From: Phototrophicaceae bacterium
GTDB taxonomy: Bacteria > Chloroflexota > Anaerolineae > Aggregatilineales > Phototrophicaceae
NCBI GenBank assembly: GCA_965116975.1
Contig: OZ220735.1
Location: forward strand, 2,370,871-2,434,870
Length of the DNA: 64,000 nt
Direction: 5' to 3'
Below the pieces are notes generated by a model, which was given only the letters and a program-made list of their open reading frames with translations, searched no databases and was not told the DNA's origin. Below, piece after piece: positions 49,217 through 58,426 of this stretch. The translations under genes and the position numbers were made by a program. Within the stretch, counting starts at the first letter, position 1, and the number at the start of each line of letters is the position of its first letter.

Positions 49217-51793
49217 CTATTTCACGCTGACATTCCAGGCGCCGACGGTCAGTCCATCGGCGCTGTTGACCTCTAGCGTTGCGCTTTCGCCGGCATCCAG
49301 CCAAAAATAGTTGTCGGAAACTTCAAAGGTATTGAGATGCCCGGTCCGCGAGACATTAACCGCCACAGCGGGCAGCGATCCCGTATTCGCGACGGTTGCC
49401 CTGCTGCCATGAACCTGCAAACTCAAGGCGCTCTGCGGCAGCTTGAACAGGCTGCCCTTCACCGCCTCGTAATTGAGGAAATAGAAGGTTCGATGCGCGA
49501 GCGCGTCGTCTTTCCACACTTCCGCTACCACAAACAGTGGGACCGTATCCGTTTGCTCATAACTCAAGCTGAAATCGCCCAGCGCATGAGGACTTGATAC
49601 GCAGCCGCTGCCTTCATAACGCTGGCGCTTAATCAACTGAAGGTCGCCGTCGAACGCTCGGATAATCACTTGCCAAGCAGCCTTCGCCAGTTCCGAGGCG
49701 TCATCCAATAGATAGACCGGCAACGACAGCGGCGTACCTATGTTGTTCAGGCTGTTGAATAGCGCGCAGGCATGCAGGGGGGCGTAGGCATCCTGGAAAA
49801 AGTAATGGCCGATCTTGGGCGCGCCATACCAGTCAATGCAAGCCCAAGAGGCGGCTGGATAATTGTCCGTCAGCTTGTAATAGAGGACGCCTGTGCTTTT
49901 GGGCCAGCGGCAACGCGCGCGCTCCAGCGTATGCCGAATGCCCACAGCCTGGGACAATTGCGAGCCGATTGTATAGTCTTCCGCGCTACAATTTTCCGGG
50001 ACAAAATAATTTGCGTATTGCATCAAGCGCGAGACGCCATCGTATTTGTTGAAGACCGGCGTATGATAGGCGAATGCGCCGTCCGCACGCGGGGGCCAGC
50101 GGTCTAGCTCCTCTTCCGGCAGGTAACGTCGCACAGATTCATAGACCGGGCTGCAAGCCAAGCCGAATTCGCCAAAAAAGATTGAAGTCATATTCAAGTT
50201 GTGATCCAGATGCTGGCGCTGCCAATAACAGTTGTAATTGTGCTGGCTGCCAGCCCAAGGCTCGGCGCGGTGAAAGGGGCGCGTATCATCCAGTTCAATG
50301 CTTAAACGTCCCATCATGTCAATCGCGGGTCCAATTGGCTTGCCCGATTCGTTGCCGGCCCCGACCATCGCCAGCGAGGGATGGTTGCGAATGCGCAGGG
50401 TATTGCGTTCGACGGTCTCTTCCAGCATGCCGTATGGCTGCGTAACGTGGCTGTTCCAGGCAGTGGGCCATTCCTGCATCACCAAAATGCCATAGCGGTC
50501 GCAAAGATCGTAGAAGTCGTCGGTTTCCGGCATGCCGCTGCCCCAAGGGCGCAGCATCTGTATGTGCTGCATTGCCGCCAGCTTGATGAAGCGCTCATAT
50601 CGTTCTCTGCGGAAGTCCATCAGGGCATCCAGCGTACACCAGTTGCTGCCCTTGATGAACAGTGGCTCGCCATTGACAACAAAGGTCCAATTATAAAGCT
50701 CCGGCTGAGCGCCTTGGGGCAGGGGTACCATGTCAATCGTGCGCAATCCGAGCGTAAACGAATGAAGATCCGCTTCCCCGCCGCTGTCAGGCAAAAATGA
50801 CAAGACGAGCCGATATAGATTCTGTTCTCCCATGTCCAGGGGCCACCATAATTGGGGATCTGGCAGTTGGAATCGCAGGGATTTCTTTAGCTCGCTGGTA
50901 GAAGAAGCGACCGCAAGCTCGAAACTGTAGCACGCGCCTGTAAAGTTTTCCGGTTCGACGCTGCCGCAAAGCGTTCCCGACCAGCCTTCGTCGGCGCCGA
51001 CAAACTGCAAGGCGAGCTCAACAATCCCGGCTTGCGCATCAACCGTTTTGGCAAATGGATGAACCATGCGTACCGGCGGATTGTCCCGTATCGTCACCGA
51101 CCGCCAGATGCCCAGCGATGGCAAATTCGCATAGTGCCAGCCGTATACGTTGTTGAAGACCACCGTCCGCATCCAACTCCCATTGTTGTCCGGGTTGTCG
51201 CCATTGGGGTTCCAGGAATCAAAGGGTATGGGTTCGAGCCGAAGGATCAGCGTATTGTCCTCCCGCAACAATCCCGCGATATCAAAGTCGGGACCGCCGA
51301 ACATGCCTTCGTGGCTGCCCAGCATCTTGCCGTTGAGCCAGACCGTGCAACGGTTGGCGACACCTTCAAACATGAGCGTATCGCCCCTGAGCTTGGCTGG
51401 ACGAGAGAAATCGCAGCGCATCCACCAGGTTTTGAAGCTCTCTTGGCGCGCAATCGACTGGTTCAGCCCAAAGTTTGGATCGGGAATGAAGCCAGCCTCT
51501 AGCAGCGCGCTGTGCACACTGCCTGGCACAAGCGCCGGGATGGCGTCAAGCCACTGTCCGCGCAGCCGATCAGCCAATTTGCCGCCTTCCGCCAGCCGCC
51601 AAGCGCCGTCGAGCGACAGCGCTTCCTGCCCTTGCGGATGAGTTATGGGCGAATCGGTCAAGTCCACCGGCGCCGCTTCTTCATCCCAGGGACTAAACCG
51701 AGGCGCGAACTGCTCGCGCTCAATCTCGTCTAATGACTTCAGCGCGAGGCGCTGCTTCTGTTCGACATCCGAGTTTACAGCTTCCTGAATCAT
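49217..51793 (-). CDS. Glycoside hydrolase family 2, paralogue of 42255..44816
   Basis: 858 aa, collinear with the other GH2. Identical blocks include PELYNWTFVVNG, WGSGMPETD, QEWPTAWNSH and YYKLTDN.PAASWA..DWYGAPK. The catalytic blocks GAGNESGKP and FFGEFGLAC are present, and there is no signal peptide. Confidence 0.85.
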   Translation of the reverse strand: MIQEAVNSDVEQKQRLALKSLDEIEREQFAPRFSPWDEEAAPVDLTDSPITHPQGQEALSLDGAWRLAEGGKLADRLRGQWLDAIPALVPGSVHSALLEAGFIPDPNFGLNQSIARQESFKTWWMRCDFSRPAKLRGDTLMFEGVANRCTVWLNGKMLGSHEGMFGGPDFDIAGLLREDNTLILRLEPIPFDSWNPNGDNPDNNGSWMRTVVFNNVYGWHYANLPSLGIWRSVTIRDNPPVRMVHPFAKTVDAQAGIVELALQFVGADEGWSGTLCGSVEPENFTGACYSFELAVASSTSELKKSLRFQLPDPQLWWPLDMGEQNLYRLVLSFLPDSGGEADLHSFTLGLRTIDMVPLPQGAQPELYNWTFVVNGEPLFIKGSNWCTLDALMDFRRERYERFIKLAAMQHIQMLRPWGSGMPETDDFYDLCDRYGILVMQEWPTAWNSHVTQPYGMLEETVERNTLRIRNHPSLAMVGAGNESGKPIGPAIDMMGRLSIELDDTRPFHRAEPWAGSQHNYNCYWQRQHLDHNLNMTSIFFGEFGLACSPVYESVRRYLPEEELDRWPPRADGAFAYHTPVFNKYDGVSRLMQYANYFVPENCSAEDYTIGSQLSQAVGIRHTLERARCRWPKSTGVLYYKLTDNYPAASWACIDWYGAPKIGHYFFQDAYAPLHACALFNSLNNIGTPLSLPVYLLDDASELAKAAWQVIIRAFDGDLQLIKRQRYEGSGCVSSPHALGDFSLSYEQTDTVPLFVVAEVWKDDALAHRTFYFLNYEAVKGSLFKLPQSALSLQVHGSRATVANTGSLPAVAVNVSRTGHLNTFEVSDNYFWLDAGESATLEVNSADGLTVGAWNVSVK

Positions 51794-51899
51794 ATAAAGC
51801 TCCTAAGTTTCGTCATTTAACAATCGAGACCTCTAACTTTGTCTCTGGAAAAGATACCTTATTTGGTCATGCAACGCACACCGCGCCTGCATCAGTCAA

Positions 51900-52154
51900 C
51901 AGGGCAATCGCTTCAAAATGATGGCGGACGAAATGGCGGGATTCTAAACTGAAAATTAACTACAGAGTACGCAGAGAACGCAGAGAAAAACAAAAAATCT
52001 CTTCTCAGCTGTGATTTTTGATGACAAATCACGTTTCGCTGGGGACTGTTGCCGATTCCGAGCCGCAGATTTAGAAGAATAGTCGTCTAAACTCCTACGA
52101 ACTCTGTGTCCTCTGCGTCCTCTATGTTGAAAATAATTTGAAGCGATTGCCCTG
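51900..52154 (-). mobile_element. 255-bp MITE-like element, copy B (inverted relative to copy A)
   Basis: It is the reverse complement of copy A, with 249/255 identical positions and no gaps in my manual alignment. It is flanked by the identical 11-bp direct repeat GCATCAGTCAA at 51889..51899 and 52155..52165. Confidence 0.85.
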
Positions 52155-52236
52155 GCATCAGTCAAGATTCGCATTCCCGCGATAGCTTGGCTAATATATC
52201 GAGGCTAGCATATCTGGCGCCGAAGCAAGGTCAGCG

Positions 52237-53535
52237 ATGAGTCAATCTTTGGACAGTGAACAAGATCGCGCTTCCCAGGGTGTTTACACCAAATTGAGCA
52301 ATCGGCCAGAGCGTCTTGCCTGGTATCAGGATATGGCGCTCGGCATGTACCTGTATTGGACCCTTGACGCGGTCTTCGGCATGGTCAACGCCCACTCGGT
52401 CATTGGCGCCTCGCGCGACTACTTAAGTCGCTATTTCACGCAGCTGCCGGCGTTTTTTGACCCGAGCGCCTTCGATGCGCGCTGGTACGCGGAGCTGGCG
52501 AAGCTCTGTGGTTTCGACTACGTGACAATCGCGGCAAAGAATCACAATGGCTTCTGCATGTGGGACACAGCCACAAGCGAGTTTAATGTCATGAATACGC
52601 CCTTCGGCCGGGATATCGTGGGCGAATACGTGACGGCGCTGCGAGAAAATGACTTGCCAGTTGGCATGTATTTTTCTCCCGACGATGCCTGGTTTCAATG
52701 GCGGCGTGGCAAGATTCCGGCGCGCGCCCTGGATTACGCCAATCCCGAACACAACCCGGAACTTTTGGCATACGCGAAGGCGCAGGTCCGCGAGCTGCTG
52801 GAAAAGTACGAGCCAGATATACTCTGCTTTGACGGCTACCGAGATGCGACGCGCTCTCTCGTGGAATACAGCTGGCGCCTGCGCCCGGACCTTATGATCA
52901 CCCGAGGCGGCATTGTCACGCCGGAACAAGAATCCCGCGAAGAGCTGCGAGGTCCTTTTGAGGCGCATTACACGATAGGCACGCAGTGGCAATACAAGGC
53001 GGGCAACGATCGCCTGAAGTCGGGCCGCGAGCTGATCGAACTGCTGATTGACATTCGCGCCCGCGGCGGCACGCTGCTATTGGCGGTGGGCGGTCCCGAC
53101 GCCGATGGTTTGCTGCCGCGCCGCATGGATGACCGCGTCCGCGAAATCGGTCTCTGGAATTTCGTGAACGGCGAGTCTGTTCGGGCTGTCCGACCCTGGC
53201 ATGTCGCGCGCGAAGGCGCTGTATATTTCAGTTGGAATGAAGCGGAGCAAACTGTCTACGCATTTGATACGGCGCCTGCGCTGGAACTGGGGGAATGGCG
53301 GACGCTATACCTGCGAAGCCTGCGCGCGACAGAGCAGACAAACATCGAAGTATTAGGGCAATCTGGCAAGCTGATCGAATACCATCCGGAGCTTGACCCG
53401 GCCACGCGCTGGGCACAGCATGATGATGCGCTCGAGATTACTTATTGCCGGACTCAGCGGCTTTACAACAATCATAAATGGCCCAATCCCCTTGCGCTCA
53501 AGATCAGCGCTGCGGGAAAAGGGGGCGTCAATTAG
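52237..53535 (+). CDS. Alpha-L-fucosidase (GH29), cytoplasmic
   Basis: 432 aa with the GH29 blocks YVTIAAKNHNGFCMWDT, FGRDIVGEY and MYFSPDDAW, plus the nucleophile region DILCFDG. There is no signal peptide. Confidence 0.85.
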   Translation: MSQSLDSEQDRASQGVYTKLSNRPERLAWYQDMALGMYLYWTLDAVFGMVNAHSVIGASRDYLSRYFTQLPAFFDPSAFDARWYAELAKLCGFDYVTIAAKNHNGFCMWDTATSEFNVMNTPFGRDIVGEYVTALRENDLPVGMYFSPDDAWFQWRRGKIPARALDYANPEHNPELLAYAKAQVRELLEKYEPDILCFDGYRDATRSLVEYSWRLRPDLMITRGGIVTPEQESREELRGPFEAHYTIGTQWQYKAGNDRLKSGRELIELLIDIRARGGTLLLAVGGPDADGLLPRRMDDRVREIGLWNFVNGESVRAVRPWHVAREGAVYFSWNEAEQTVYAFDTAPALELGEWRTLYLRSLRATEQTNIEVLGQSGKLIEYHPELDPATRWAQHDDALEITYCRTQRLYNNHKWPNPLALKISAAGKGGVN

Positions 53536-53646
53536 GTCCAGTCCAGCGCTTAACAGCGCTTGTCCCAAATTGTCCGCGCTATGCAATTTGTCCGCTAAGC
53601 GCCTCGGCCTACAATAGTAGGTGAATCCGAACAAAGTACGTAGATC

Positions 53647-54897
53647 ATGCAGAGCGATTCCAGCCCACAGTCTGACATTATAGAAGGCAGCTTCCTGCGC
53701 GCCAGGGATATCAATCGGGGCGGATTGCCATTGAAGCCGCTTCTCGCTATCGGTATCGCCGCGCTTTTCTTGGCTCTTGCCGCGGGACAGCAAGCGCTGC
53801 TGCTGGGACCTGTTCTGGTTCTCGCGCTGCTGGTTTGGGGCGCTGGGAGTCTGAGCAAGAGGCAGCGCATTGTCCGATTAAGAATGGACGAAAGATCGCT
53901 GTCGATTACCGGGCATGGCTATGACATTCAGCTGGATGCGCCATTTCGATACAAGACGGGCATCCAGCGTATCCCGCCCCAAGGCAAAGAAGATGAGACT
54001 TGCTTCGTAAGAGCCGTGATTGACGTCCGTGGCAAACCACTGGTCTTGGAAGAGCAAGTGCTTGCGGGCAGAATACCGCCAAAGCTGGACGAGATCCTTG
54101 GTTTGTCGAGCGCGCTGGGCATCGCCGAATTGACCAGTCGCGCGCCCTTCCCCGGAACACTCTGGTCCGTGATCCGACGCCTCGATACGCTGCGGCAGGA
54201 CCACGATACCGAACAGCTAGACAGCAACATCGCAACACTTTTCAAGCTCGGCGAGCGACAAATGTCCGAAAGAATCTATTCAGAGGCGATTAAGACCTTC
54301 ACATCCATCATACGCTTGAGCCCGGATTCTGCGCTCGCTTATTACAGCCGCGGCGCGGCGCGCTATTACCACCGCAGCGAACTGGAAAAAGCCGTGAACG
54401 ATCTGGTAACCTCGTTACGGCTCGAGCCGGATCAATACAAATGCTATCGCATGCTCGGGCTGATACATGCCCAACTGGGCGAGTGGGTTGCCATGCGCGA
54501 AGACTGCACCAGGGCGATCCAACTGCTGCCAAATAGCGCGGAACTCTATAACTTGCGTGGCAGCGCCTGCTATCGCCTGCAAGACTACCACGCGGCTCTC
54601 GACAATTTCGAGCAATCGCTTCGCCTCAATGGAAGCCGGTACGAAGCCTATTTCAATCGGGGATTGGCAAAGCAGCAATTGGGCTTGTTGAACGAGGCTC
54701 TTGAGGACTTCCGGCACGCGCTGCAACTAAACCCGGAATTTGCTGCCGCCAAGCGCAGAGCCATCAGTGTCGATCGGCGACTGAAAGGGTTGAGCGCCGC
54801 GCAAAGCCTTCCAGCGACAGGCGCGGCTAACACGGAATCCACCCTCCATGTTGTAGATAAGCCCGATAGCCCGCGCGAGCAACCTGATAGACCTTAG
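53647..54897 (+). CDS. Membrane-anchored tetratricopeptide-repeat protein
   Basis: 416 aa with two N-terminal TM helices, a ~130-aa unassigned domain, then about six TPR units (YSEAIKTFTSIIRLSPDSALAYYSRGAA... through FRHALQLNPEFAAA). Confidence 0.75.
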   Translation: MQSDSSPQSDIIEGSFLRARDINRGGLPLKPLLAIGIAALFLALAAGQQALLLGPVLVLALLVWGAGSLSKRQRIVRLRMDERSLSITGHGYDIQLDAPFRYKTGIQRIPPQGKEDETCFVRAVIDVRGKPLVLEEQVLAGRIPPKLDEILGLSSALGIAELTSRAPFPGTLWSVIRRLDTLRQDHDTEQLDSNIATLFKLGERQMSERIYSEAIKTFTSIIRLSPDSALAYYSRGAARYYHRSELEKAVNDLVTSLRLEPDQYKCYRMLGLIHAQLGEWVAMREDCTRAIQLLPNSAELYNLRGSACYRLQDYHAALDNFEQSLRLNGSRYEAYFNRGLAKQQLGLLNEALEDFRHALQLNPEFAAAKRRAISVDRRLKGLSAAQSLPATGAANTESTLHVVDKPDSPREQPDRP

Positions 54898-55325
54898 CCC
54901 AAGGATGAAAGCCATTGCTGTAGCCGGCGCTCCAAGCCATCGCGCGTCTTGATGAACGAGCGCAGCACATTGTCGTCTTCGCCGCTGACTACAGCCGGAT
55001 CGGAGAAACTCCAGTGGATGCGGATAGCCCTGCCCGGGAAGGCCGGGCATGAATCAGCCGCGTTATCGCATACGGTTATGACGTAGTCGAATGCCATTGC
55101 CAGGTACTTGCTAGGGTGATCTGAAGACTGGCCGGAAATATCAATACCGCGCTCGCGCATCGCCGCAATGGCGAAGGGATTAACACTTGATGGCTTCGCG
55201 CCGGCGCTGTAAACATGCACGCGGTCCGACGCCAGTTCTCGCAGCAAGCCTTCCGCCATCTGTGAACGCGCTGAATTGGCCGTGCACAGAATCAGAACCT
55301 TGAGTTTTTGCGTTGAGGGACTCAT
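54894..55325 (-). CDS. arsC: Arsenate reductase, LMW-PTP / thioredoxin-coupled type
   Basis: 143 aa with the P-loop LCTANSARSQMAEG and the downstream redox cysteines in VITVCDNAADSCP. Confidence 0.88.
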   Translation of the reverse strand: MSPSTQKLKVLILCTANSARSQMAEGLLRELASDRVHVYSAGAKPSSVNPFAIAAMRERGIDISGQSSDHPSKYLAMAFDYVITVCDNAADSCPAFPGRAIRIHWSFSDPAVVSGEDDNVLRSFIKTRDGLERRLQQWLSSLG

Positions 55326-55344
55326 CTAAATCAATCGCCCGCAA

Positions 55345-55677
55345 TCAGGCGTCGCCTCCTGCGGATGTCGGCTGGTGCAGAATATCATGCTGACCTGCGA
55401 AATCCGGCGCGAACCTGCTGATCAAAGAGCCGCAGCACACAGTCAACTGCGCTTGATCGAGCGTGTAGAAGCGTTGCCGTCCCTGTTGACGTATATGCAC
55501 CAATCCCGCTTCTTCCAGGCATTTCAAGTGATGGCTCACCGTCGGCTGTTTTACCTTGCCGCCGAGCGCAGCCACCAGATCGTTGACGCTAAGCCATTCG
55601 CAGCACAATTGAAGGCAAATCTGCTGGCGCGTGTCGTCGCTCAGCGCTTTGGCGAAGTTCACAAGATCAAGGTTCAT
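55345..55677 (-). CDS. arsR: ArsR/SmtB family transcriptional regulator
   Basis: 110 aa with FAKALSDDTRQQICLQL and the wHTH recognition block QPTVSHHLKCLEEAGLV. Cys pairs occur at LCCEW and VCCGS. Confidence 0.88.
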   Translation of the reverse strand: MNLDLVNFAKALSDDTRQQICLQLCCEWLSVNDLVAALGGKVKQPTVSHHLKCLEEAGLVHIRQQGRQRFYTLDQAQLTVCCGSLISRFAPDFAGQHDILHQPTSAGGDA

Positions 55678-55772
55678 AGGCTAACTATGGTTGATGAAGT
55701 CTTACAGGTCAAGCCCAACTGGGGGCTGATACGGCGGAAAAGCAGGGACTCCGCGCCTTGTACTTAGCTGCG

Positions 55773-56576
55773 CTAGACGAGCCGGTCCTGCGTGGCCGCA
55801 AACCATTGCGAAACAAATAGGGCAACCAGCGCCAGCAGGATCAGGACGAGACCGGTCCAAATCGCCGCGTCAATGTCGCGCTCGAACACGCTATAGACCA
55901 GCAGAGGCATGGTCTGCGTCCTTCCCTGTAAATTGCCGGCGAAGAGCATGGTCGCGCCGAATTCTCCCACAGCGCGCGCCCAACACAGTATCATGCCTGA
56001 CGCCAATGCCCGCCATGCGATCGGCAAGGTGATGTACCAGAACATCTGCCAGCCATAGGCGCCATCCACGCGAGCGGCGTCTTCCACCTCTGCCGACACA
56101 CTCGAGAAGCCGACCTGCGCCGAGCGAATGTAAAAGGGCGCGGAAATGAAAAACTGCGCCAGGATCACGGCGAGTATCGTGAACGGGATGATTATGCCCG
56201 CATCGGCAAGCCAGGCGCCGATAAAACCCCGCCGACCGAAGGTGATGAGCAGCGCCAAGCCCGCCACCGCCGGCGGCATAACAATCGGTAATTCGATGAA
56301 TAGGCTTACGATGCGTTTGCCTTTGAATTCAAAGCGAGACAGCAGGTATGCGAGCGGCGTCCCCAATAGCGCCGCCAGACAAACAACAGCCAGCGTCGAA
56401 GCGAAGCTCAGCAGAGTGGCTGTCAATATCGAGGACGATTCCGGCAATCTCTCCCATGCGCGCGAGCCTAGGCCGCTGACGACAAGGACGAATATCGGCA
56501 CCGCCAACAAAAGGAAGGCGAACGCGCTGACCGCAAAGAGCAGCAGCTTGTCAGCCTTCAGCTTCCAGATATTCAC
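55773..56576 (-). CDS. modB: Molybdate ABC transporter permease
   Basis: 267 aa with the blocks LPIVMPPAVAGLALL, EDAARVDGA..WQMFWYITLP and ARAVGEFGATMLFAGN..G.TQT.PL, typical of ModB. Confidence 0.85.
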   Translation of the reverse strand: MNIWKLKADKLLLFAVSAFAFLLLAVPIFVLVVSGLGSRAWERLPESSSILTATLLSFASTLAVVCLAALLGTPLAYLLSRFEFKGKRIVSLFIELPIVMPPAVAGLALLITFGRRGFIGAWLADAGIIIPFTILAVILAQFFISAPFYIRSAQVGFSSVSAEVEDAARVDGAYGWQMFWYITLPIAWRALASGMILCWARAVGEFGATMLFAGNLQGRTQTMPLLVYSVFERDIDAAIWTGLVLILLALVALFVSQWFAATQDRLV

Positions 56577-57450
56577 AAGGCGCTACTTCCGTTTCGTCTT
56601 CTCCGAGCTGGTCTTGGCTGGTTTCCGCCGTCGGCTCGGCATGAGCCTCAGCCATCTCGCTCAATGGCGAACAAAATCCGAAACCAGCTAAAATCAATTG
56701 ACCTGCTTCAGTTCTCACAAAATCAATAAACGCTTGGGCAAGCTCGGGCAGAGCAGTGTCGTTCAAAGCCGCAATTGGATAAAACGCAAGCTGGTTGTGA
56801 CGCTCCTCAATGGGAAACCTGAGCAGATCGTCGCGAACTTCGTCCGTCACATCTGTCTGGTAGACTATGCCCGCATCCGCTTCGCCCAAGGCGATGCGCG
56901 CCACCACCTGCCGGACATTGCTTTCTTCGGAGACGAGATTCTCCATGACTCGTTTGGCAAAGTCCTCGCCATACTCGTCCTCATACGAATGGAACATGGC
57001 GTTGGTGTAGTCCCGAATGGGAGTGCCGGTCACCGCCAGCACAAGCAATAGCCTCTTACTGCCGAGAGTTTCTATGCCCGAGATTTCCGCTGGGTTGTCC
57101 GCCGGCGCGATCAGCGCCAGCCGATTGCTGGCGAAGGATTTTACCGCTTCCGCGCTAATTCGCCCGTCCGCGACGACCAGATCCATCTGCGCGCTGTTGG
57201 CGCTGGCGAAGATATCGGCCGGCGCGCCCGCCATCAACTGAGCAGCCAGTTTTGACGAACTGGCGAAGTTCAAAACGATATCCGCCTCGGGATGATCCCG
57301 CAGGAATGCTGCTGTCAATTCTTCAAAAGCATCGGTCAGGGACGTCGCCGCGTAAATCGTCAAGGTCCGCTTCTGCTGGGCTTGAGATACGATGATGGAT
57401 AAAGCCAGGACGGCGAAACAGAAAGTCCGCAGGCAAGGAGCAATTCGCAT
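56551..57450 (-). CDS. modA: Molybdate ABC transporter substrate-binding protein with an acidic C-terminal extension
   Basis: 299 aa with a signal sequence, then LTIYAATSLTDAFEEL...NFASSSKLAAQL..GAPADIFASA (the ModA signature). The last ~45 residues are acidic, and the gene overlaps modB by 26 nt. Confidence 0.85.
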   Translation of the reverse strand: MRIAPCLRTFCFAVLALSIIVSQAQQKRTLTIYAATSLTDAFEELTAAFLRDHPEADIVLNFASSSKLAAQLMAGAPADIFASANSAQMDLVVADGRISAEAVKSFASNRLALIAPADNPAEISGIETLGSKRLLLVLAVTGTPIRDYTNAMFHSYEDEYGEDFAKRVMENLVSEESNVRQVVARIALGEADAGIVYQTDVTDEVRDDLLRFPIEERHNQLAFYPIAALNDTALPELAQAFIDFVRTEAGQLILAGFGFCSPLSEMAEAHAEPTAETSQDQLGEDETEVAPCEYLEAEG

Positions 57451-57700
57451 GCGAGGTTCCTCGGAATCAAAGCGCTATTATGCACGAAGCCAGCGAGATT
57501 AGAAGGGACTTGTCTTGCTCGCCCAGGGCTATTGCAGCAGATTATTTCCGTAATCACCGAGGGTCGCGAGCCCCCCTTACATCGCGCTAGATTTTGTGGC
57601 ATTCGACACTCGCTGGCGGGCGATTGACCGACGACAATCCGACGATTGCTCAACGCTCTCTTGCGCCCGGCATTTTTTCGACTACCGTAAGTACAAATAG

Positions 57701-58339
57701 ATGTTAGAGGGTACCGTGGGTTACGGCAGACGCGCAGGACCACCATCCTGGTTCGTGATTTTGCTTGGCATTGCCATTGTTTTTGGGCTGTATTACCTGT
57801 GGATTGGCATGCGCAGTTTTATGTCCAGCGGCGTTACAGTTGTCGAATCCACGCGACAGGCGATAGAACAGACAACCGCTACCGCCGTCAGGATCGTGGA
57901 ACTGCAGCACCTTGCGCCGACGCCCTTGCCCACTTATACGCCGGTCCCAGCCTGCCAGGAATTCGTCGTCATCGTGCGCAGCGCCATCATCCGCGCGTCC
58001 CCATCTACCGACAGCCGCATTATCGAGACAGTCAATGAAGGCGAGACAGTCTGCGTGATTGCCAAGCAGCCCAATTCCGACTGGTATGTCCTGGACAAAA
58101 ACACCTTGACGCGCCGCCTTGAACCGGTTTATATGCGCGAAGACATCATTCGCGCGCTATATCCAACAAACACGCCCACCCTCACCCCGACGGCTACGCC
58201 GTCCGATACGCCGACCGCCAGCAATACGCCGAGCGACGCAGCAACCGCCTTGCCCGCATTGCAGCAAGCCTCAAGCGCGAAACATGTCATCGCGCCTGTT
58301 TCCACGCCTAGCCCCACTGTCGCAAGCATCAACCTCTAG
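57701..58339 (+). CDS. Membrane-anchored SH3b-domain protein with a Pro/Thr-rich tail
   Basis: 212 aa with one TM helix (WFVILLGIAIVFGLYYLWIG), an SH3_3-like block (VIVRSAIIRASPSTDSRIIETVNEGETVCVIAKQPNSDWYVL) and a PT-rich C-terminus. Confidence 0.7.
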   Translation: MLEGTVGYGRRAGPPSWFVILLGIAIVFGLYYLWIGMRSFMSSGVTVVESTRQAIEQTTATAVRIVELQHLAPTPLPTYTPVPACQEFVVIVRSAIIRASPSTDSRIIETVNEGETVCVIAKQPNSDWYVLDKNTLTRRLEPVYMREDIIRALYPTNTPTLTPTATPSDTPTASNTPSDAATALPALQQASSAKHVIAPVSTPSPTVASINL

Positions 58340-58426
58340 CTTGCGGTGAATTAGGCTTGCGCTATACTAAATCTCAATCTGACATTTGTTCTACAACCTA
58401 GCCTGCGGCAGCGAAAGGGAGCGAGC

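Noticed and set aside
57451-57700. Possible molybdenum-cofactor riboswitch in the 250-nt ORF-free leader of modA
   Set aside because: Reading the minus strand, I could not find the conserved Moco-motif elements (for example a GGAAAGG-type 3' segment paired with the CUCC core). Only generic hairpins are present. A cmscan with RF01055 would settle it.
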